64,000 nt of DNA from a virus. Under the pieces are notes generated by a model. It saw only the letters and a list, made by a program, of their open reading frames with translations. It was not told where the DNA came from and made no database searches. Location: IMG/VR virus record IMGVR_UViG_3300046791_000298, positions 12,830 to 76,829 of that record; one strand, written 5' to 3'. Each line of letters opens with the position of its first letter. Positions within the stretch are counted from its first letter, which is position 1. Shown here in pieces: positions 8,912-16,177 of the stretch. Both the position numbers and the translations under genes were made by a program.

Positions 8912-9112
8912 ATGAGAAAACCGAAAATTACATCGACACAATACCTCTTTGAGGTATACGGACTTGAACCGAGTGACTTGGATTTGCAGGACGGGACCTT
9001 TGACATTGCAGAGGTTGAACGATTGGCAGAGAAATATAATCTGACAAAGCGCGAAAACATGACGCTTGAAAAGGCCAAGTCTCTTAACATTTACCAAGTA
9101 ACATACCATTAA
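8912..9112 (+). CDS. hypothetical early protein
   Basis: 66 aa ORF. Confidence 0.6.
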   Translation: MRKPKITSTQYLFEVYGLEPSDLDLQDGTFDIAEVERLAEKYNLTKRENMTLEKAKSLNIYQVTYH

Positions 9113-9113
9113 C

Positions 9114-9358
9114 AGCAAACTAAAAACCGATTGATATGAGTAATGTAGCAAGACCAGAGCATGCACGGCAAATCTTGGACGATCTTTATGCTGATGTAGA
9201 GCGATTAACAAAAGTAAACGCTGAATTATTAGAGGCTTTGAAGAAAATTAAAAAATTAGCCGACTATGAAAACAAAAAAACTGAATGCCTTTTGTATTCA
9301 AGATTTTCACAATGGGCAACTCAAGCCATAGTTAAAGCAGAAGCAAACTAAAAACCGA
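9114..9358 (+). repeat. 17-bp direct repeat AGCAAACTAAAAACCGA flanking ORF 9136-9351
   Basis: Exact copies at 9114-9130 and 9342-9358. Confidence 0.85.
9136..9351 (+). CDS. hypothetical protein (ELLEALK motif)
   Basis: 71 aa ORF. Confidence 0.65.
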   Translation: MSNVARPEHARQILDDLYADVERLTKVNAELLEALKKIKKLADYENKKTECLLYSRFSQWATQAIVKAEAN

Positions 9359-9364
9359 ACTAAA

Positions 9365-9991
9365 ATGAAAAACAAGACAAAAGAATTAACAATTGAAGAG
9401 GTAATCCGCGCTGGCAATGATGGCAAAAATCAAGACATCAAAGGCCAATTTGTAGGTAAGCATGTTTATTGCAATGTTAATAGCATGGCTGAATACATTA
9501 TCAGTAAAGGATTTGAGGACAGAGAAGCACCCTTCACGCTTGATGATGTAGAAAATTATTATTCATACCCTGAGTGGTCCAAAACTGTATTGGGTGAAAG
9601 CCTTTATTTTGGTGGTGGCTCTCAGGATAATAAAGATGAATTTTTAGAAGAGTTTGATAGGCTCGAAGAAGAGAGTCAGGAACTTTTTGACGCTGGCGAT
9701 ATTAGCGCGGCCACGCACGAAGCAAACATTGACCAAGTATCAAAAGCTAAGGAGGAATTTGAAGAGGCAACAGAAGACACCGAGCCCGCGGAAATTTTTG
9801 AATGGTGGGCAGTCTCTTCTTTCCTCTTCGAGAAACTTCAGGAGAAGGGGTTTTGCGTTGTTGATGCAGGATCCTGCTACGTATGGGGAAGAACGACCAC
9901 AGGGCAGGCTATTCTTTTAGATGGGGTTATCACACACATCTGCGCTGAACTGGAAATCTTGGAAGGGCAAACTAATTCTTGGGCGCGATGA
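9365..9991 (+). CDS. acidic conserved phage early protein
   Basis: EIFEWWAV...VWGRTTTGQAI motifs; strongly acidic centre. Confidence 0.7.
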   Translation: MKNKTKELTIEEVIRAGNDGKNQDIKGQFVGKHVYCNVNSMAEYIISKGFEDREAPFTLDDVENYYSYPEWSKTVLGESLYFGGGSQDNKDEFLEEFDRLEEESQELFDAGDISAATHEANIDQVSKAKEEFEEATEDTEPAEIFEWWAVSSFLFEKLQEKGFCVVDAGSCYVWGRTTTGQAILLDGVITHICAELEILEGQTNSWAR

Positions 9992-10173
9992 CAAGTCCTG
10001 AGTATTATACCTATGAACTTAACAAGGTTAAGGTAGGGCTAACGGAATACGCACCGACTATCAAAGTCTTTGCGAACGGGAACGGTGACAACACAAAGAA
10101 TTTGAGTTTGAACAAAGAGAGTGCCGCGGTTTTAATTAAATGGCTGACGGATAATTTCCTAGGCGCAAGCTAA
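9988..10173 (+). CDS. hypothetical protein
   Basis: ATGA-coupled start MTSPEYY. Confidence 0.6.
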   Translation: MTSPEYYTYELNKVKVGLTEYAPTIKVFANGNGDNTKNLSLNKESAAVLIKWLTDNFLGAS

Positions 10174-10178
10174 ATTTT

Positions 10179-10376
10179 ATGAAGCACTATGAACTTGGCG
10201 AAGTTAAGATCATTGAGTATGGGCGTGGCCTTGCCGTCATTGGTGAAACGAAGCCCCTCCGCGAGAAATTAAAATTAATAGGTGGGCGGTTTAACCCAAA
10301 ATTATCGTGCGGTATGGGATGGATTTTCAGAAAATCAAAACTTGAATTGATAATTAAAACAATTTATGAACTTTAA
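10179..10376 (+). CDS. small conserved phage domain (GETK..LK.IGGRFN..L..G.GWIF)
   Basis: Motif pattern recalled from phage proteins; function unknown. Confidence 0.6.
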   Translation: MKHYELGEVKIIEYGRGLAVIGETKPLREKLKLIGGRFNPKLSCGMGWIFRKSKLELIIKTIYEL

Positions 10377-10656
10377 CCCTACAACTATAGAAGACATGGA
10401 AAAATCAGACTTTGAAGTAATGAGTGAGATGTCAGAAAAGAATTTAGACATCGCATGTGCCCTCGATATAACAAACTATCAGCGGCAAGAAAAAAAGGGA
10501 GGAGGATTAGTAACAGTGGGCGTAGCCTCTCCTCAATTTGATTACCTGATTAATCAGGCGGCAAGCGGGAAGACTACACACTATGCGATTTTATACATAG
10601 TGAACAAAGAACAGTTCGATAAGATTAAGAAGGCACCAAAAACATTGGCGGTTTAA
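10366..10656 (+). CDS. hypothetical protein
   Basis: 96 aa ORF. Confidence 0.65.
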   Translation: MNFNPTTIEDMEKSDFEVMSEMSEKNLDIACALDITNYQRQEKKGGGLVTVGVASPQFDYLINQAASGKTTHYAILYIVNKEQFDKIKKAPKTLAV

Positions 10657-10717
10657 TCGGTTTAAGTCCGCCACAAGAGTCCGGAGGGTTATATTCGGTT
10701 TCCTTCCGGCTCTTTTT
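10646..10717 (+). terminator. twin hairpins ending in an intrinsic terminator (possible regulatory RNA)
   Basis: TGGCGG/CCGCCA stem (10646-10673), then AAGAG.CCGGAGG/CCTTCCGGCTCTT stem followed by a T tract. Confidence 0.7.
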
Positions 10718-10741
10718 AAAGAAATTAATTGCAAACTAAAT

Positions 10742-11074
10742 ATGATTACTCAAGAACTTAAAGAACATTTGGAAGCAGAAGGCTACAGCGAACTAAGAGA
10801 AATTGAAGGGCGTGGAGTGTGTGGAGTTTTTCGGTTTCTGTTTACGGTGGGTATAGTACTCGGCATTGACAGCACTGGATACAAAGGACGATATTGCTAT
10901 GGCTCCCATATCGAGGCGTCATTTGCAATCAATTTATGGGACGGACAGAGTGATCCCCCTGGCGATTGGATAAAATACAAAGGGGAAGGAGGAGAACGTA
11001 CTAATGATCAAAAGGAATGTTATGCATGTAAACACGGTGGAAGGGCTATGCATACATGTATGAAATATCGATAA
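10742..11074 (+). CDS. conserved phage hypothetical protein
   Basis: GRYCY...WDG..DPPGDWIK motif. Confidence 0.7.
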   Translation: MITQELKEHLEAEGYSELREIEGRGVCGVFRFLFTVGIVLGIDSTGYKGRYCYGSHIEASFAINLWDGQSDPPGDWIKYKGEGGERTNDQKECYACKHGGRAMHTCMKYR

Positions 11075-11086
11075 CGCAAACTAATT

Positions 11087-11323
11087 ATGAGAAAGCAACG
11101 GTACAAGCTCAGCATCTACAACGGGAGAGTAAAGATTTACATCGATGGCCTTGTGTTTCTCTCCTTCAATCAGATCGACTTTAAAGGCTATTACGCTTTT
11201 AAGGATGATAGCAAATTGTATGGCATTGACTTCTACTTGGCCAATGGCGTGACCATTGAGACATCGTATAAGACGAAGGAAGTATGGATTGATATATTGA
11301 AACTACTTGACAAAGAATTATGA
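11087..11323 (+). CDS. hypothetical protein
   Basis: 78 aa ORF. Confidence 0.65.
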   Translation: MRKQRYKLSIYNGRVKIYIDGLVFLSFNQIDFKGYYAFKDDSKLYGIDFYLANGVTIETSYKTKEVWIDILKLLDKEL

Positions 11324-11544
11324 CCAAGCGCAACAGATGGCTAAAAAAGAAGGCGCGTAAAAATCGTTACATCGATAAAAAGACACGTGCAGAGATTCGT
11401 GCTTGGAGTTTACAATGTGCTAAAGCAATCTTTGAAGAGAGCAGAGTTAAGTTTCCTGATTTGGTTGAGCAAGCGGTGGCTTATGCGTTAGGAACGCAGG
11501 ATAACTATGAAGAGTACAAAAGACTTTTAACACCAAAATTATGA
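11320..11544 (+). CDS. hypothetical basic protein
   Basis: ATGA-coupled. Confidence 0.6.
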   Translation: MTKRNRWLKKKARKNRYIDKKTRAEIRAWSLQCAKAIFEESRVKFPDLVEQAVAYALGTQDNYEEYKRLLTPKL

Positions 11545-11738
11545 GACCACGCCCACTATACGTAATCAAGTACTACCAGGACCAAGGGAAGTTTTTGATT
11601 GAGACCATTGGTAAGGATTTACCAATGAGCAGGCTTAAAGCACGAAACACGCTGGCCCAGCTCAGGAGAACTACACATAAGACCGGTGTCTTGATCATCG
11701 AGCGCGCAAACAAATTTCTAAACCATCAGAAGCAATGA
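11541..11738 (+). CDS. hypothetical protein
   Basis: ATGA-coupled. Confidence 0.6.
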   Translation: MRPRPLYVIKYYQDQGKFLIETIGKDLPMSRLKARNTLAQLRRTTHKTGVLIIERANKFLNHQKQ

Positions 11739-12253
11739 AGACAGAGAATCCTAAAATCTACGTCAACGATGGCACGAACAAAGACCATGCGGTAGGCACA
11801 CTCTTGTATATTCAAGATTGCCCGATTGAGCCAGATGTGAAAGACTTTCCTTTCTCAATTACTCGTTTGGGTTTTGTTGATCGGCCAGCTTACGACTCAG
11901 CAAAAGAAGCCTACCAATCATCCTTAGAGCTTGCTATTAAAGGAGGGGTGGAGTTTAAGGATCAGGAAGAAATTAGAAAATTAGTTTTGATCGAGAATAA
12001 ATCAACTCCACAACTAAATTCTTTTTTATCCATCCCATCTGGCTATAGTGTTGAGGTGGAGCCATTATGTTTGTGTGGTCAGGATTCGTGCGAAAACTCA
12101 CATAAGAAAGTAGCAATTCTAAAGCCCTCAGATAACAGCGCACACAGTAAGGAAGAGGTAAACGAAGCTATTAAATTTGCAACATGGTATTCAGGAATGG
12201 AGCAATCAAAAGTTAAAAAGGCTTACGAACGATTTAAAAGAGAGAACCTATAA
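11735..12253 (+). CDS. hypothetical protein
   Basis: 172 aa, ATGA-coupled. Confidence 0.65.
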   Translation: MKTENPKIYVNDGTNKDHAVGTLLYIQDCPIEPDVKDFPFSITRLGFVDRPAYDSAKEAYQSSLELAIKGGVEFKDQEEIRKLVLIENKSTPQLNSFLSIPSGYSVEVEPLCLCGQDSCENSHKKVAILKPSDNSAHSKEEVNEAIKFATWYSGMEQSKVKKAYERFKRENL

Positions 12254-12264
12254 ATAAAGAAGAT

Positions 12265-12858
12265 ATGGAAAGGAAACCCGAACTAAAATCTGTTATTGAA
12301 GAAAGAATTTTGAACGCAGTACATAAATCATTACAGTGGGATAGTGGTGAAATTACAGGTATTAATATGCATGAGCTTGAACAAAAAGTTAAAGGAATAT
12401 TACAGTTGTTCAAATTCTCAGAACCCTCCCTCCCCACAGAACCGAAGCAAGAGGATGGTAACTTTAAAAAATTCTCTTTACTGAAAGAAACGCCAACGGT
12501 AGCATCGGCAAATACTTCTTATCCTGTTAATCTTTCAGGTGAGCAACAAACAGCAGAGATCGAAAAAATAATAGTTGATTGGCTAAAGAGTGAGAATGAA
12601 AATGCTACTTATTGCGCACACCTTATTTCAGAACACATTAAACTCAAATCATCTCAAGCCAGAAGAGAAATTTTAAATACTCTTCCAACAAGGAAAGCGC
12701 AAATAATCGCTGAGGTTTTAGATTTGAGGGAACAAGTTAAGGTTGCCAGAAGAGAAGTTATTCAGGAGGCGATAGATAAGTTCAATTCTTTATTCGAAGA
12801 AGGACATAGGGATTTACAAACATTTAAAGAAGAGCTTGAGAAACTAAAGCAGAAGTAA
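12265..12858 (+). CDS. hypothetical protein
   Basis: 197 aa ORF. Confidence 0.65.
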   Translation: MERKPELKSVIEERILNAVHKSLQWDSGEITGINMHELEQKVKGILQLFKFSEPSLPTEPKQEDGNFKKFSLLKETPTVASANTSYPVNLSGEQQTAEIEKIIVDWLKSENENATYCAHLISEHIKLKSSQARREILNTLPTRKAQIIAEVLDLREQVKVARREVIQEAIDKFNSLFEEGHRDLQTFKEELEKLKQK

Positions 12859-12860
12859 AA

Positions 12861-13184
12861 ATGACAGAGTTTAATGCACTGACTATTAAAATTGCTGAGA
12901 AGATAGCGGAGTATCTGGCTTTACTCACGCAACTTGATGTCAAGTCACCTCCGGAATTTTTCAGACGAGCAAACCAGCTGTCGTGGGAACTAGCAATGAT
13001 ATTACCGGAGGAGATTTATCTTGAGATTGCGATTGCTGCAACAAACAGTGGGACAGAGCACAATCACTGCACAGCAATAATTTTAGCACGTAAAGCAATG
13101 CTTGGTGTTGTGGCTGGGAAATTATCTCCAGATCATATTGTAGGACATTCACCGAAAGCAGGGAATAAAACATCGGATAACTAA
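12861..13184 (+). CDS. hypothetical protein
   Basis: 107 aa ORF. Confidence 0.6.
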   Translation: MTEFNALTIKIAEKIAEYLALLTQLDVKSPPEFFRRANQLSWELAMILPEEIYLEIAIAATNSGTEHNHCTAIILARKAMLGVVAGKLSPDHIVGHSPKAGNKTSDN

Positions 13185-13378
13185 TGAAGCAGATCATCGC
13201 CAGCCTTTTGTTTATGTATTGCCTGAGCCAGGAAGAGCAGCCTCCGCCTCGGGTCCAGTGTCACGGCTATCAGAAAATAGCGTATGGGGTGGGAATAAAT
13301 TGTAAGGGCGACACGATCAAGATTGAAGAGGCGGCTGAGTTTAATAGGAAGTATTACAAAAAAACCAAAATAAAATGA
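13184..13378 (+). CDS. hypothetical protein, possible signal peptide
   Basis: Hydrophobic N-terminus, three Cys. Confidence 0.5.
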   Translation: MKQIIASLLFMYCLSQEEQPPPRVQCHGYQKIAYGVGINCKGDTIKIEEAAEFNRKYYKKTKIK

Positions 13379-14106
13379 CACAACAAGATAGGCTACACCT
13401 TAAATGGATTTACGATCGTCTTTTGTACATGCATAATGAGAATCCGCGCGTTGATTATATGCAAAAGTTTCGCAGTATTCTCGATGACCTTATTCGAGCA
13501 GAAATTGAAGAAGAGGAATTCAACCGGAAGGCTGATGAGGCCATCAAAGATACTGAGCACGCTAGGGAATATCTGATCAAGGAAGGATTCGACCCTGATG
13601 AGATTGGCAAGCAAGGCGCTACATTTGTTAAGTTACTTATGCGCAAGACGGTCCTGGAGAAGGAGGATAAGGAAATCAGGGAGATTATCGGAGCCGATGA
13701 GAACGAAGCAACCACCGATGAAGTCAGGAGCCTAATGTTGAATTATAAGCGCGCGAAAGAGCAGATGGCTAAAGTCAAGGAATTGATCGATGGCGTTGCT
13801 GATGAATTTACTGCGTTAGTTAATATCGTTATACCTGAAGAGAGCGGAGTAAGTCCAGTGGAGGTACGTTTTGATTACAACGAGAGCAATGCCGCGAAGG
13901 ATGAAGAAGCTAATTTGATTGCTGGTCTCATTAAAAAACTCCCGAAGGATGGGATTAAGATTATTGTCGTTGGTGATGATAAGACCGCTCAAGTCCATAG
14001 TAATATTCACGGCAAATATTTTGATGTATCGGTGGATATTAACCCGAATGTTTCCATTGAGAATAGAACGGTTCGACATGATGAAGAATTTTACAGAATC
14101 GACTAA
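13375..14106 (+). CDS. hypothetical protein
   Basis: 243 aa ORF, ATGA-coupled. Confidence 0.7.
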   Translation: MTQQDRLHLKWIYDRLLYMHNENPRVDYMQKFRSILDDLIRAEIEEEEFNRKADEAIKDTEHAREYLIKEGFDPDEIGKQGATFVKLLMRKTVLEKEDKEIREIIGADENEATTDEVRSLMLNYKRAKEQMAKVKELIDGVADEFTALVNIVIPEESGVSPVEVRFDYNESNAAKDEEANLIAGLIKKLPKDGIKIIVVGDDKTAQVHSNIHGKYFDVSVDINPNVSIENRTVRHDEEFYRID

Positions 14107-14109
14107 GCC

Positions 14110-14187
14110 ATGACAATCCCATACAAATTCAAGAAGATCAAGCGCGGCACGAACATGACACCGAAAAAGAAAAAACGTAAGAAATGA
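14110..14187 (+). CDS. basic micropeptide (25 aa, not in track)
   Basis: MTIPYKFKKIKRGTNMTPKKKKRKK*; fills the gap exactly and overlaps the next ATG. Confidence 0.5.
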   Translation: MTIPYKFKKIKRGTNMTPKKKKRKK

Positions 14188-14756
14188 TACTAGGATTCAA
14201 AGAATTTTTTAACGCGAAGAAAACGCAACCGACTTATTTTCGGGAGAAGATATTAGCTGGTGTTCACCCAAATCTTGCCGCGGTCGGCTCGGAGAAGTAC
14301 CCAATTACATACCCGAGAACAATTTTATTATTACCTGAACCCAAACTACACACTTTTCGCGAGGATAAGTACGATCGATGGAGGGCAGGCATGAGTATTC
14401 AAATGGTTTATCGCGGGCCAAAGTACAGCATCAAAGATCACTTCAATATGGGCGATGATCTGGCTGGGTTACAGAAGTGTAAATCTATTCAGAAAGTAGA
14501 GATTAAGTGGCGCCACGAAAAAGCACTGTGTACTCGGATGACAGATAAATCAATTTTCATTATGAAAATTGATGGTAAGGATTTTTTTGAAACGACCATC
14601 CATAAAGGAGTTCAGTTCTTGAGATTTGGACCAAAGGGTCAATTGATGGCACAGTTAATTTCTAATGATGGATTCAGTAACATCAATTGGTTCTTCAGAT
14701 ACTTTAAAAAAGACTTCACTGGTAAAATTATTCATTGGACAGATTTAAGATATTGA
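14184..14756 (+). CDS. ASCH/PUA-like domain protein
   Basis: KLHTFR...RWRAG...DGF....FF.YF pattern. Confidence 0.5.
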   Translation: MILGFKEFFNAKKTQPTYFREKILAGVHPNLAAVGSEKYPITYPRTILLLPEPKLHTFREDKYDRWRAGMSIQMVYRGPKYSIKDHFNMGDDLAGLQKCKSIQKVEIKWRHEKALCTRMTDKSIFIMKIDGKDFFETTIHKGVQFLRFGPKGQLMAQLISNDGFSNINWFFRYFKKDFTGKIIHWTDLRY

Positions 14757-14786
14757 AATGACAATCGAAAAATAAAAAATAAACCC

Positions 14787-15518
14787 ATGAAAATACATTT
14801 AACCTACATCCTGCTACTGCTGGCGCTTGTCGTCGCCCTGCTATACTTCTACGATCAGAACCGGAAGCACATGGCCGAGAGTAGCCGTAAAGACTCTGTT
14901 ATCGCTGAGAAAGAAGCCGAAATCAAGTACCATGTGTCTGTAACCGGCAGGATGACCTCAGAGAAACGAGCGGCAGAGGCCACCACCAAGGAAGCCATGG
15001 CGGCTTACAATGAGGTCATTGAGGAGATCAAACGAGAGTTTGATGTAAAGGCCAAGGACATTAAGGCATTCGTCAGCGCGTCCTTCCGGGCGCAAGGGAG
15101 CGGCACAGGGACCACTATTATCCATAACCACTATGATTCTGCGTCCAGGCTGACAATCATTGACAGCGCGGCCTTTAACACGGATCAGGATAAGTTTTTA
15201 AAGTTCAACGTCACCTACTATCCTGGCAAGGCTAAATTCTCACCTTATCATTATACCTATTCGGATGAAATTCTGATGGCCTTCCATGCAAAAAAGAGAT
15301 GGAAGCCATTTGGGAAGGAAGAGATATTTGCTTCCGCCAGCTTCGGTAATCCCAATTCAATGGTGACAAACCAAACAAGTGTGCTGATCAAAGAAGCGCG
15401 GGATAAACGGTGGAGTTTAGGGATGAGTGCAGGCTGGGGATTACTTAAAGTGGGGGATGAGGTCCATACTGGGTTTTTCCTGGGCCCGTCAGTACATTAT
15501 GCATTGTTTAAATTTTAG
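14787..15518 (+). CDS. N-terminally anchored membrane protein, possibly spanin-like
   Basis: N-terminal TM, coiled coil, C-terminal amphipathic beta-hairpin ending in Phe. Confidence 0.5.
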   Translation: MKIHLTYILLLLALVVALLYFYDQNRKHMAESSRKDSVIAEKEAEIKYHVSVTGRMTSEKRAAEATTKEAMAAYNEVIEEIKREFDVKAKDIKAFVSASFRAQGSGTGTTIIHNHYDSASRLTIIDSAAFNTDQDKFLKFNVTYYPGKAKFSPYHYTYSDEILMAFHAKKRWKPFGKEEIFASASFGNPNSMVTNQTSVLIKEARDKRWSLGMSAGWGLLKVGDEVHTGFFLGPSVHYALFKF

Positions 15519-15521
15519 GAT

Positions 15522-15749
15522 ATGAAAAGATTCATCATTATTCCACTTCTCCTGATTACAGTTTCAGGATTTTCGCAATCTTTCTTCCACAAAAGAATGA
15601 AGAAAGTAAACAAGAGTGAGTCTGAATACAGGTGCGAGGCTGTTCAGATTAAGAAGACATTCGCACACAGTTTGACACAGAGGCTCTCCTACCAACAAAA
15701 ACGCGCAGAATACAGGCGTAAGCCGAAGAACAAAAAGCCTGTTACCTGA
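15522..15749 (+). CDS. small secreted basic protein
   Basis: Signal peptide MKRFIIIPLLLITVSGFS. Confidence 0.55.
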   Translation: MKRFIIIPLLLITVSGFSQSFFHKRMKKVNKSESEYRCEAVQIKKTFAHSLTQRLSYQQKRAEYRRKPKNKKPVT

Positions 15750-15788
15750 TTGCAAAAAGTGTAAATTTAAAAATCTTAAATTGCTGAC

Positions 15789-16175
15789 ATGGAGAATCTA
15801 ACAAAAGAGAATTTCTTTAATGAAATGAAAGAGAAGTACCCAAAGGCTATGGAGCACTTCTGCGCCTGGATTGATCAGTATAAAATTCAGGTAAAATGGG
15901 ATGAACTCTTCTCGTGCCATCCATGGAGTTTAATCCACAATCGGGTCGCTACGGAAGCGGATTACGACACCCACCAAAGAGGCCAGATTGCACCGCATCG
16001 ATATAAATATCATGATCTTCCGATTGGGATGCAGGTCGGTATATTTCTTGAATACCTGTTTAAGGAGCATCAATTACCAGATGAACCAGAAAAGGATTTA
16101 CACAAATTTGCCTCTGAAGAGTTCACCACACAATTCAAACGCATCGAAGAAAAATTGACAAACCCTAAATTGTAA
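15789..16175 (+). CDS. hypothetical protein
   Basis: 128 aa ORF immediately upstream of groEL. Confidence 0.65.
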   Translation: MENLTKENFFNEMKEKYPKAMEHFCAWIDQYKIQVKWDELFSCHPWSLIHNRVATEADYDTHQRGQIAPHRYKYHDLPIGMQVGIFLEYLFKEHQLPDEPEKDLHKFASEEFTTQFKRIEEKLTNPKL

Positions 16176-16177
16176 AT

